A DNA stretch of 54,943 bases from Flavobacteriaceae bacterium. Lineage in GTDB: Bacteria; Bacteroidota; Bacteroidia; Flavobacteriales; Weeksellaceae. The notes under the pieces were generated by a model. It was given only the letters and a program-made list of their open reading frames with translations. It was not told the origin of the DNA and did not search any database. The stretch lies in contig JAISMV010000143.1 of NCBI GenBank assembly GCA_031276535.1, forward strand, positions 1 through 54,943, read 5' to 3'. Of the stretch, positions 1-8,795 are shown in pieces. The first letter of the stretch is position 1, and every line of letters begins with the position of its first letter. The translations under genes were made by a program, and so were the position numbers.

Positions 1-20
1 ACTATAATATCGTAATTCAT
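1..20 (-). CDS. 5' end (partial) of a probable FAD-dependent oxidoreductase, possibly dihydrolipoamide dehydrogenase
   Basis: Reverse strand from 20 reads ATG AAT TAC GAT ATT ATA GT = MNYDII(V), a typical first beta-strand of an FAD Rossmann fold. A TACTTTTG -7 promoter box lies at 42-49 on the minus strand. Only 6 full codons are visible. Confidence 0.45.
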
Positions 21-326
21 CGTATAGATTATTTTTATTAGCAAAAGTACTATTTTTTTTACAAAGGGTAATTTAGAAATAAGGTATATACAGAGTGTAA
101 ATTCTTATTTCTCTGACAAACACAATGAAGAAATATCTACACTTGGAAAAGGCTAAAGGATGACAATTGTAGTAATTTTGTAAAAGCAAAAGTTTAAGAA
201 TAATGATTACTCTTTATAAATGCAGGATTTTAGGGTAACCAAAAATATTTAAAGTTTTTTTTGCAAAACAAATTTTAATTCCGTAATTTGTTATTTATAA
301 AAAATAAATTCCTTATATAAGTTCTA

Positions 327-1676
327 GTGTCAAAATTTACTAAGAATACACAAAGCATAATAGATGAAATAATTGACCAATACATGTTTGCAGACGAAAC
401 AAAACGTCCATGGATTATTGGTTTTAGTGGTGGAAAAGATTCTACCGTAATGCTTCAATTAGTTTGGGAAGCATTGAAGCAGGTTAAAGATTTTCACGGA
501 ATTGTAGGTAGAGATATTTATGTGGTTTGTAATGATACGATGGTTGAAAATCCCGTTATAGTAGAATATGTTTATCGAGTTTTGAATAAGATTGAGCAAG
601 CTGCAAGAGACCAAGATTTACCAATTTATGTAAGAAAAACTATTCCAAGATTGGAAGATTCTTTTTGGGTGAACTTGATTGGAAAAGGTTACCCTGCACC
701 AAACAATGCTTTTCGTTGGTGTACGGAACGATTGAAAATAAAACCAACTTCCCGCTTCATTTTAGAACAACTTGATGAATTTGGAGAAGCTGTTATTTTA
801 ATTGGAACTCGTTCGGCGGAGAGTGCTAATCGTGCCAAATCAATGAAAAAACACGCCATAAAAGGGAAAAGATTAACCAAACATCCTGTGCAACCCAATA
901 CGTATATGTATGCACCTATTAGGTATTTAATGTTAGAGGAGGTTTGGTATATTATCAATACAATGCCATCGCCTTGGGGCGCAAGTAACGAAGAATTATT
1001 CCAAATCTATGTAGATGCAAGTGCAGATGATTACGAGTGTCCTGCGGTTGTTACGGATAAAGAACATAAATCTTGTGGACAAAGCCGATTTGGTTGTTGG
1101 GTTTGTACAGTCGTAAAACAAGATAAATCAATGTCTGCATTGATTGATAATGGTTTGACTTGGCTCAAACCTCTTTTGCAATTAAGAAATGAATTAGCAG
1201 AACAACGGAATATTATCAAAAATCGTATGCCACAGCGTAGAAACGGAACTAATGCAGTAAACGGGATGGGACCTTATTATCCGTGGTATCGTGCTTCTGT
1301 ATTGAAACGTTTGTTAAAAGCTCAAAAGGAAATACAAAAGGAAAAACCGCATATTGAGTTAATAACTAATCAGGAATTGGTTGCGATTCAGACGATTTGG
1401 TATCGTGATTTTGTATTTAACCAAAAAGTTTCGGAAATTTACCGCAATGCTTATAAATCAGATTTGGATATGAGAGACCAAAACGAAAAAAAGGAAAAAG
1501 AATTGGAATTGCTTAAAAAATCTTGCAAAAAGAATCCACAAGATTTTGAGCTAATTCAGGAACTTTTGACCTTACAGAAAAACAAGTCGCTTTTGAATCG
1601 CAAACGTGGATTAAAAGAGGATATTGAAACACGAATAGAAGAATATCTAAAAAAAGAGCAAAAAGATGTTCATTAA
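327..1676 (+). CDS. dndC: DNA phosphorothioation sulfurtransferase DndC (PAPS reductase family)
   Basis: PP-loop GFSGGKDS, DTMVENP, GYPAP..FRWCTERLKI, and the Cys cluster SCGQSRFGCWVC. GTG start; overlaps dndD by 11 bp. Confidence 0.93.
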   Translation: MSKFTKNTQSIIDEIIDQYMFADETKRPWIIGFSGGKDSTVMLQLVWEALKQVKDFHGIVGRDIYVVCNDTMVENPVIVEYVYRVLNKIEQAARDQDLPIYVRKTIPRLEDSFWVNLIGKGYPAPNNAFRWCTERLKIKPTSRFILEQLDEFGEAVILIGTRSAESANRAKSMKKHAIKGKRLTKHPVQPNTYMYAPIRYLMLEEVWYIINTMPSPWGASNEELFQIYVDASADDYECPAVVTDKEHKSCGQSRFGCWVCTVVKQDKSMSALIDNGLTWLKPLLQLRNELAEQRNIIKNRMPQRRNGTNAVNGMGPYYPWYRASVLKRLLKAQKEIQKEKPHIELITNQELVAIQTIWYRDFVFNQKVSEIYRNAYKSDLDMRDQNEKKEKELELLKKSCKKNPQDFELIQELLTLQKNKSLLNRKRGLKEDIETRIEEYLKKEQKDVH

Positions 1677-3783
1677 AGATATAGAGTTAAATAACTTCCG
1701 AATATATAAAGGAAAGATTAAAATTGATCTTTTGCCTGAAAACAACAAAAATATAGTTGTTGTGAGTGGGAAAAACGGTTTTGGAAAAACTACATTCCTA
1801 ATGTCATTGGTTTGGTGTCTGTATGGTAAACAGATGGAAAAAGTCGATGAACTTTATCAGAAAGAGATTGCAGATAAGGGAGGATATGGAAAATATATTG
1901 GAAACAGCCTAAATAGACTAGCAAGAGCTAAGGGAGAAACAAGATTTTCTGTTTCCGTTACTTTTAGAGATGTGAAAATTCCTGATATAACTTGTAATGA
2001 AATCAAAATTACGAGAAGTTATGATATAAAAACAAGCACAAGCGACAAAGTAGAAGTTTTGATAGATGGTTTTCAAAACGAACTTATTCAGGATCTTACA
2101 ACAGAGGGGAAACAAGATGGAGAAGAAATCTTTATCCGTGATTTTATTTTGCCTATTGAAATTGCAAAGTTCTTTTTCTTTGACGCTGAAAAAATTGTTT
2201 CCCTTGCCGAAATCAACTCGTCTGAACAAAGAAGATTATTAAGCAAAGCATATACGGAAGTTTTAGGGATCAAAAAATATGAAGATTTAAAAGACCAACT
2301 TGAAAATATTCAAGACGAATACAGGAAGAAATCAGCGAAACCACAGGAACGTCAAGAGTTTAACGAAATAGAAACCGCAATAAAAAATAAACAGATTGCG
2401 ATTGACGACATAGAAGTTCAAGTCCAAGAGTTGAATCAGGAGAAAGTCGAGAAACAGAGTGAATCCAACGAAATTCAGATGAAGTTGATCCAAGAAGGGA
2501 ATATGATGACCTTGGAGCAACTCAATGATTTGAAAATAGAGGAAACAAAATTAAACGATAAAATCAATAATCTTCAAAATGATTTGAAAGACTTATTTGA
2601 TTTAATTCCTTTCGGATTAGCAGGAGAAACTTTAATGGATATCTCAAACCAATTAGAAAGTGAGAAGAATTATAAGGAAAGTAAATACAAACAGGAAGAT
2701 GTAGGAGAAAAAACTAAATGCATTCTTGATGATATTGAGGTAGAGAAGAAGAAGTTTAATGGGATAATTGGGATAGAAATTCGTGATTTTTATGAGACAC
2801 AAATTAAAAATCTCATCAAAAAATACTTCTTTTCTGATATTCCGGAACTTCCTGCACATTTTGAAGCATTACATGATTTTTCAGATGTTGAGACAAATGA
2901 ATTAAATACTTTAATCAATAATTTGAAACATACCTTTAGAGATGTTTTCACAAGATTGAATGATGAGTATTTAAGGTCTAAAAATGACCTTGATTCTATC
3001 AGAAGAAAAATTAGGTCTGCGGAAAAAGATGCTGAAGATGAATATATCGCAAACCTAAGAGCAGATAAAAAACGATTAGACGATAGAGTATTTAGCATTG
3101 AAAAGGACATCTATGATTTAGGAGAACGGACAGGAGCGTTTAAAAATGAGATTAAAACTCTAAAGCAAAGACAAGAGGAGTTAAGAAAGAAAATAGACGA
3201 TTCGAGACGTTATTCTGAAAAGGATAAGAAAACACAGGATTTGATTTCTAATTTAAAAGAGTTTATCAAAGATTTCAAAGTTACGACCAAGAAAAAACTT
3301 GAAGAAAATATTTTGAACGAACTCAATATACTGATGCATAAAAAAGGTTTTATCAAAAAAGTTGTCGTAGATATAAATCAGGCAGGAGACGATGTGGATA
3401 TTAACCTTTTCAACTCCCGAAATGAGAAAATTGATAAAGGTTCATTATCAATGGGAGAGCGTCAAATGTATGCTTCCGCTCTACTCAAAGCGTTGGTTGA
3501 CGAATCGGATATTGAATTTCCTGTGTTCATAGATTCACCGATGCAAAAATTTGACAAAGACCACGCAGAAAACGTAATCAAAGAATTTTATCCAAATGTT
3601 TCCAAGCAAGTGGTTTTATTTCCGCTAATCCATAAGGAATTGACTGAGAGTGAATTTGAATTACTGAAATCGAACATCAGTAAATCGTACATCATTCACA
3701 ATATTAGTACAGATGCTTCCGAATTTGTTGAATCGGTTCCAGAAAACTTAATCAAAACATACAACGAACTTTATGCAAATTAA
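1666..3783 (+). CDS. dndD: DNA sulfur modification protein DndD (SMC/ABC-type ATPase)
   Basis: Walker A GKNGFGKTT, FFFFDAEKI, long coiled coil, signature LSMGERQ, Walker B VFIDSP; lies directly after dndC. Confidence 0.92.
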   Translation: MFIKDIELNNFRIYKGKIKIDLLPENNKNIVVVSGKNGFGKTTFLMSLVWCLYGKQMEKVDELYQKEIADKGGYGKYIGNSLNRLARAKGETRFSVSVTFRDVKIPDITCNEIKITRSYDIKTSTSDKVEVLIDGFQNELIQDLTTEGKQDGEEIFIRDFILPIEIAKFFFFDAEKIVSLAEINSSEQRRLLSKAYTEVLGIKKYEDLKDQLENIQDEYRKKSAKPQERQEFNEIETAIKNKQIAIDDIEVQVQELNQEKVEKQSESNEIQMKLIQEGNMMTLEQLNDLKIEETKLNDKINNLQNDLKDLFDLIPFGLAGETLMDISNQLESEKNYKESKYKQEDVGEKTKCILDDIEVEKKKFNGIIGIEIRDFYETQIKNLIKKYFFSDIPELPAHFEALHDFSDVETNELNTLINNLKHTFRDVFTRLNDEYLRSKNDLDSIRRKIRSAEKDAEDEYIANLRADKKRLDDRVFSIEKDIYDLGERTGAFKNEIKTLKQRQEELRKKIDDSRRYSEKDKKTQDLISNLKEFIKDFKVTTKKKLEENILNELNILMHKKGFIKKVVVDINQAGDDVDINLFNSRNEKIDKGSLSMGERQMYASALLKALVDESDIEFPVFIDSPMQKFDKDHAENVIKEFYPNVSKQVVLFPLIHKELTESEFELLKSNISKSYIIHNISTDASEFVESVPENLIKTYNELYAN

Positions 3784-5350
3784 TATAAGAACATCGGAAG
3801 CCAACCAGGAAATCGTTAGAAAACTAACGGCTAAATTACCTGTTGGAACAAAAGAAAACGTAATTGCAAGAATTGCATTAGGTTATTCTTTGCAAAACAG
3901 TAAGCGTTTTGCTACTTCCGAATTTAATATTTATGATTCCAAAGGAAAGGAATATAAAGACCATATTTTGTTTGATGCGAAATACAGAGATTTTTACATT
4001 GCTTTGATTTGCCAACATTATGGTATTTATAAAACTAATGAGAATATTCCGAAATACATTAAACTACATATTGACCACGGTTTGGAGTTAATGGATAATT
4101 TGTTTTCCAACAATAATAATTATACTTTTTTAGATTTTCTGACAGAACATTTAGATAAAGGAATTTCTATGTTGGATACAGTTAAAGTAAGTTTAGATGC
4201 TGTAAAAAATAACAGTCAGAAAATTGAAAAATCTTATTTTGCAGAGCCAATTAAAATTTTGATAGGAAACAAATTAGAGGATGAAAATGAAGAAATTATA
4301 TTGAACTTCAACGATATAAAGTTATACAATAATAACCATATTGCTGTAGCAGGAAATACTGGTACAGGAAAAACACAATTTGCATTGCAACTTTTACGGG
4401 AGATTTCGGAAAAATCAAATCATCACGTAAGTTTCATCTACTTAGATTTTAAAGGATTAAAAGATGATGATTTGATAGAAATGCAACCATTCTTTGATGA
4501 AACTAAGGCACAATTTATTAATGCTCCAAATACACCTTTCCCTATAAATCCGCTTTCATTTATTGATAGTATCAATGACATCAATAAACAAATGGGAATT
4601 GATAAGTTTGTAGATATTATTTGTAAATACTCAAATATTGGGGTCAAACAACGGGGTAAATTGAGAGAAGCCACCAATGAAGCATTTATCAATAAAAAAC
4701 CAAATGAATATCCAACTTTTGAAGAAATCAATAATCAGTTGTTAGAAATCGTAGGAGACAAACGAGACACGCTAACCGAAATTATTGATGAGTTAAGTAG
4801 ATATAATGTGTTTCAGGAAGATAAGAAGATTAAGAATTTCCTAAATCAAAACATTTACTTGTCTTTGTCAGGAGATTTATCTAACTCTGTACGTTTTACA
4901 TCATTGTTTCTAATAATAAACTACATTTATAATGTATTTATGAATATGGACAATACGCCTACTGATAATGGTTGTCGCGCTATGCGTTATGTACTTTTAA
5001 TTGATGAAGCTCACGTAATCTTCAAAGAAAGAAAGTATCAAGACATCTTGGAAAAAATATTACGTGAAATCCGCTCCAAAGGAGTTTCCGTTGTATTGTT
5101 GTCTCAAGGAATTGAAGAATTTAACCAACCGACTTTTGATTTTTCAAGTATGTGTGAAATTTCATTCTTGTTAAGCATCAAGGACAAAAATAACACAAAA
5201 GCAATCAGTAAGTTTTTAGGTTTTAGTGAAAAAGATAGTACAAAGGCATACAGAAGTCTTGAAAAGATTGAAAAAGGTCAAGCAATTTCTAATATAAAAG
5301 AATTTCCAAAAGGAGAGTTGTTTGAAATTAAGCAATTTTATAATAGTTAA
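3773..5350 (+). CDS. dndE: DndE domain fused to a HerA/FtsK-like P-loop ATPase/helicase (DndEi-like)
   Basis: N-terminal ~140 aa is DndE-like (IRTSEANQEIV..NVIARIALGYSL..HIDHGLE). The C-terminal domain has Walker A GNTGTGKT, Walker B LLIDEAH and LREIRSKGVSVVLLSQ. Confidence 0.82.
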   Translation: MQINIRTSEANQEIVRKLTAKLPVGTKENVIARIALGYSLQNSKRFATSEFNIYDSKGKEYKDHILFDAKYRDFYIALICQHYGIYKTNENIPKYIKLHIDHGLELMDNLFSNNNNYTFLDFLTEHLDKGISMLDTVKVSLDAVKNNSQKIEKSYFAEPIKILIGNKLEDENEEIILNFNDIKLYNNNHIAVAGNTGTGKTQFALQLLREISEKSNHHVSFIYLDFKGLKDDDLIEMQPFFDETKAQFINAPNTPFPINPLSFIDSINDINKQMGIDKFVDIICKYSNIGVKQRGKLREATNEAFINKKPNEYPTFEEINNQLLEIVGDKRDTLTEIIDELSRYNVFQEDKKIKNFLNQNIYLSLSGDLSNSVRFTSLFLIINYIYNVFMNMDNTPTDNGCRAMRYVLLIDEAHVIFKERKYQDILEKILREIRSKGVSVVLLSQGIEEFNQPTFDFSSMCEISFLLSIKDKNNTKAISKFLGFSEKDSTKAYRSLEKIEKGQAISNIKEFPKGELFEIKQFYNS

Positions 5351-5356
5351 TTTCTT

Positions 5357-6703
5357 ATGAGTAATACAATACAGGGTAGCCCTACGAAAACATTTTTTAT
5401 TGAAATGATTACAAGAGACATTTCAATAAAAGATGCAATTTTGGATTTATTAGATAATTCCATTGATGGAGCAAACAAATTAAATCCTCACAGTTATAAT
5501 GGTTTATTCATTGATATTACTATTAATGAAAATGAGTTTATAGTTAGAGATAACTGTGGAGGGTTTTCATTAGAAACAGCACAAAAGTATGCTTTTAGGT
5601 TTGGAAGACCTGATGACACACCGCCTACAGAGGGATCAATTGGTCGCTTTGGAATAGGTATGAAGAGAGCATTATTTAAAATCGGACAAGATTTTGAGGT
5701 AAAAACTAAAAGTGCTAATGACCATTTTCAAATAAATGTCAATGTAACTGACTGGAAAGAGAGGAAGAAAACAATTACTGATAGTAAAGGAGAGCAATTT
5801 GAGGTTGAAGACTGGGATTTTGAGTATTTGGAAATAACTGATGAAACTAATAATTTAGAACAAAACGGAACTTATATAAAGGTTTGTAATTTACATAAGG
5901 AGGTATCGGAAATTTTTAAAGATGATGAATTTTTAAATGACCTGAAAGATGAAATAGAACGACTTCTAAATTTCAGCATAGAGAAAGGTATTAAAATAAC
6001 TTTAAATGGTTCAGAATTGCAAAAAAAGGATATTGTTATCTTTAATGACACCTCTAAGCCATATTTTTATGAATTAGAATACAATGGTGTAAGAATAAGA
6101 GTGGTTGCAGGATTAAGTTTTGTTGGTAACCCACGTGCCTCTGGTTGGTATATTTACTGCAATGACAGATTAGTGTTGGAAGCAGATAAGACAGAAATAA
6201 CTTTATGGGGGACTGGAAATATTCCAAGATGGCACGTAGATTATGTAATGTTCAAAGGAATAGTATTTTTTGATTCTTACGAAACTATAAAGTTGCCACT
6301 AACGACTACAAAAAAAGGAATAGATGCTACTTCGGAAACTTACAATAAAGCAAAATTCTTTATGAGGGAAGGAATGAATTTGGTTCTAGGTTTTTTAAAA
6401 GATGTAAGAAGAAAATTAGGGAGTGAGGCTAATGGGTATCGTACCATGTTAGGGGAGCAGGAAGACAAAATTTCGGTTATAAATTTAAAAACAGCCGAAA
6501 TTGAAGAAGGGAGAAAATTTATTTATCCAGAAATTAACTTAGATGTTGTCGCTTCTAAAAATGAAGAGGTTAGGATTGCTTTTACAGCATCAAAAAAACT
6601 TGCTGACAAATTACGCTCAGATACGGATTCAAAGACATATAAAGAACTAGGAGAATATCTTTTGAGATATTATTTAAAAATGGAAGAAGTAGAGTATGAA
6701 TAG
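5357..6703 (+). CDS. MORC-like GHKL ATPase (HATPase_c + S5 domain) with a possible C-terminal ribbon-helix-helix
   Basis: GHKL boxes DLLDNSIDG, DNCGG, GRFGIGMK and GTYIKV; MORC S5-type motif GWYIYCNDRLV; starts 6 bp after the dndE stop. Confidence 0.8.
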   Translation: MSNTIQGSPTKTFFIEMITRDISIKDAILDLLDNSIDGANKLNPHSYNGLFIDITINENEFIVRDNCGGFSLETAQKYAFRFGRPDDTPPTEGSIGRFGIGMKRALFKIGQDFEVKTKSANDHFQINVNVTDWKERKKTITDSKGEQFEVEDWDFEYLEITDETNNLEQNGTYIKVCNLHKEVSEIFKDDEFLNDLKDEIERLLNFSIEKGIKITLNGSELQKKDIVIFNDTSKPYFYELEYNGVRIRVVAGLSFVGNPRASGWYIYCNDRLVLEADKTEITLWGTGNIPRWHVDYVMFKGIVFFDSYETIKLPLTTTKKGIDATSETYNKAKFFMREGMNLVLGFLKDVRRKLGSEANGYRTMLGEQEDKISVINLKTAEIEEGRKFIYPEINLDVVASKNEEVRIAFTASKKLADKLRSDTDSKTYKELGEYLLRYYLKMEEVEYE

Positions 6704-7634
6704 TCCTAAGTTTTTAAATTATGAAACACGTCCCTTAAAGTTTACTGAAAGGAAAATGCTTCTTTCTGCATTTAATAGGATTATAAATCATTATCAAAAT
6801 AATTATCAGTATATTGGATTTGGAGGAATATCCTTTACTGATTTCAAATTATTTCACAAAGAATTGCATATTAACGAAATGTGTTCTATTGAAGGAGGAA
6901 ATTTTAGTATTGAGAAATTACAGTTTAATTGCCCTTATTCATTTATTAATATTTACCAGAATAATTCTACTAATATACTATCTGAATTAGAATTAGATAA
7001 AAGAACCATAGTATGGCTGGATTACGATAGTGTTCTGGATAACTATTTTTTTGATGATATAAGTGTTTTATTCAGTAAACTTCCTGTTGGTAGTATTTAC
7101 TTGATGACTTGTAATCGTGAATTAAAATTGTCTGAAACAAGAGAAGAATATACAATAGAACAATTTAAAGAAAAGTTTGGTAATAATATTCCCTACAATT
7201 TAAGAAATTCTGATTTTATAGGAGGGAATAACTATAAAACTATTAGAATACTTTTGAATCTTCAAATAAAAAAAACATTAAGCGAGAGATTGAACTCAAC
7301 CTTTGAGGATTTAGAGTTTAATCAGCTTTTTAATATTTTGTATCAAGAGAATAGAGGAGCTAAAATGTTTACCTATGGAGGGTTAATTGCAGAAAAAGGG
7401 AGTAAAGTTAAAGATGATATACTATTAGACGATTTTGAATTTATCTCTTTGGAAGAGACTCCTTATAAATTAGAAATTCCTAATTTCACAAGAAGAGAAA
7501 TTGATTTAGTTGATAATCATCTTTCAACCAAAGAGATAGAATTAATTAATAAAAACATCATTACTCAGTCTGAATTGGATAAGTATAAAAGAACATATAA
7601 ATATCTGCCGAACTTTTTTGATGTTAGGTTGTAA
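6696..7634 (+). CDS. Putative class I SAM-dependent methyltransferase-fold protein
   Basis: Gly-rich motif I-like YIGFGGISFTDF, acidic end of beta2 (MCSIE), IVWLDYD at beta4; 8-bp overlap with the GHKL gene. Confidence 0.6.
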   Translation: MNSPKFLNYETRPLKFTERKMLLSAFNRIINHYQNNYQYIGFGGISFTDFKLFHKELHINEMCSIEGGNFSIEKLQFNCPYSFINIYQNNSTNILSELELDKRTIVWLDYDSVLDNYFFDDISVLFSKLPVGSIYLMTCNRELKLSETREEYTIEQFKEKFGNNIPYNLRNSDFIGGNNYKTIRILLNLQIKKTLSERLNSTFEDLEFNQLFNILYQENRGAKMFTYGGLIAEKGSKVKDDILLDDFEFISLEETPYKLEIPNFTRREIDLVDNHLSTKEIELINKNIITQSELDKYKRTYKYLPNFFDVRL

Positions 7635-7663
7635 ACCAGCTTTATTATAAAAAATAAGTTGTA

Positions 7664-7738
7664 ATGCCTGAACAACAAAACATAGAATACAAAAGTGCTT
7701 GCCATGATGATTTCCGTAAGCACCACATGCCCCTTTAG
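7664..7738 (+). pseudogene. Truncated remnant of an AlbA_2/Schlafen-domain ATP-binding protein
   Basis: Reads MPEQQNIEYKSACHDDFRKHHMPL*. The first ~16 residues match my recollection of the Bacteroidota AlbA_2 N-terminus (MPEQQNIEYKxxWHDDYLK); similarity ends near 7712. Confidence 0.55.
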
Positions 7739-7860
7739 ATGAAGTTGTAGGTTTGATTTTTTTTTTTCAGAAAAACTCCAATTATTTTTCTTCCCGCCAT
7801 AACTTTTGTACTTGTTCCACTTGTCCCCTTTTTAGAAACAATCACAGAACTTTCAGAAAG

Positions 7861-7891
7861 AAAAAAGGAGAGACTTTAAATCTCTCCTTTT
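7861..7891 (-). terminator. Rho-independent terminator of tRNA-Leu (could act bidirectionally)
   Basis: AAAAGGAGAGA-ctttaaa-TCTCTCCTTTT inverted repeat with an A-run on the plus strand, i.e. a U-tail on the minus strand. Confidence 0.75.
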
Positions 7892-7892
7892 G

Positions 7893-7974
7893 TACGGATG
7901 AAGGGAATCGAACCCCCACGCCTCACGGCACTAGATCCTAAGTCTAGCGTGTCTACCAGTTCCACCACATCCGC
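7893..7974 (-). tRNA. tRNA-Leu(TAG)
   Basis: Reverse complement GCGGATGTGGTGGAACTGGTAGACACGCTAGACTTAGGATCTAGTGCCGTGAGGCGTGGGGGTTCGATTCCCTTCATCCGTA; anticodon arm CTAGA-CTTAGGA-TCTAG, long variable arm, TTCGA T-loop. Confidence 0.97.
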
Positions 7975-7993
7975 ATGCCCTAAACTTGGACTG

Positions 7994-8023
7994 CAAATAT
8001 ACACTTATTTTGTAAATCCCAAA
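7994..8023 (-). promoter_or_regulatory. Bacteroidota sigma70 promoter for tRNA-Leu
   Basis: TTTG (8020-8023) - 18 nt - TATATTTG (7994-8001) on the minus strand. Confidence 0.7.
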
Positions 8024-8207
8024 AATTTTTATTTTAAAATTTTCCCCAAAGAAAATTAAGATTCAAAGTTTTTATTTTCAGCATAATTTTTTTACTTTTA
8101 TCGGCGGAAAAAACATGACAAATATCAGGGTTATTTAAAATAATTCCAGATAATGGGTGAGAGAACAAAAACTCTTGTTTAAAATTTTTAACAAAGATTC
8201 AATATCG

Positions 8208-8215
8208 TATATTTG
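8208..8215 (+). promoter_or_regulatory. -7 promoter box upstream of nuoE
   Basis: TATATTTG matches TAnnTTTG, 22 nt before the ATG at 8238. Confidence 0.55.
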
Positions 8216-8237
8216 CAATCAAACATTGAAATTTAAA

Positions 8238-8768
8238 ATGACTGAAAACGGTGTGAGCCCCGATAAAGAAATAGTTTTTAGTGCTGAAACCCTGAGTAAA
8301 GTAGAGGAAATAATTACCAGGTATCCGGAAGGAAAACAAAAATCAGCCTTGATTCCTGTTCTACATCTGGCTCAAAAAGAGTTCGGAGGATGGTTGGATG
8401 TTCCTGTAATGGATTATGTCGCTTCTTTGTTGAATATTCTGCCTATAGAAGTATACGAAGTGGCCACATTCTATACCATGTTTAACATACAGCCGGTAGG
8501 AAAATATGTATTGGAAGTATGCAGAACAGGCCCCTGCATGTTAAACGGAAGTGACCAGATCATAGAACATATTAAAGAAAAATTACAAATTAAAGAAGGA
8601 GAAACCACGAAAGATGGTTTGTTTACCCTGAAGCCCGCTGAGTGTCTGGGTGCCTGCGGGTATGCTCCGATGATGCAGTTGGGGAAATTCTACCACGAAT
8701 ACCTTACTAAGGAAAAAGTAGATGAAATTATCGAACTCTGCAGAGCAGGAAATATTGCAATTGATTAA
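8238..8768 (+). CDS. nuoE: NADH-quinone oxidoreductase subunit E
   Basis: EVATFYTMF, VCRTGPC and ECLGACGYAP 2Fe-2S motifs. ATG 8238 is preferred over the upstream GTG. Confidence 0.95.
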   Translation: MTENGVSPDKEIVFSAETLSKVEEIITRYPEGKQKSALIPVLHLAQKEFGGWLDVPVMDYVASLLNILPIEVYEVATFYTMFNIQPVGKYVLEVCRTGPCMLNGSDQIIEHIKEKLQIKEGETTKDGLFTLKPAECLGACGYAPMMQLGKFYHEYLTKEKVDEIIELCRAGNIAID

Positions 8769-8795
8769 AAAAATTAGTTTAGAGAGCATATAGAA

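Larger units (their letters stand above)
327..7740 (+). mobile_element. Horizontally acquired defence/modification island next to the tRNA-Leu 3' end (no integrase visible)
   Basis: Lower GC and near-absence of CCGG compared with flanking core genes; defence-type content; tRNA adjacency; truncated last gene. Confidence 0.55.

Noticed and set aside
7753-7941. 62-aa ORF
   Set aside because: Antisense to tRNA-Leu and its terminator; no protein-like features.
8157-8237. GTG-started N-terminal extension of nuoE (similar upstream extensions for nuoG, S8 peptidase, gpsA)
   Set aside because: Extensions cross promoter-like or low-complexity DNA; the downstream ATGs match expected N-termini.
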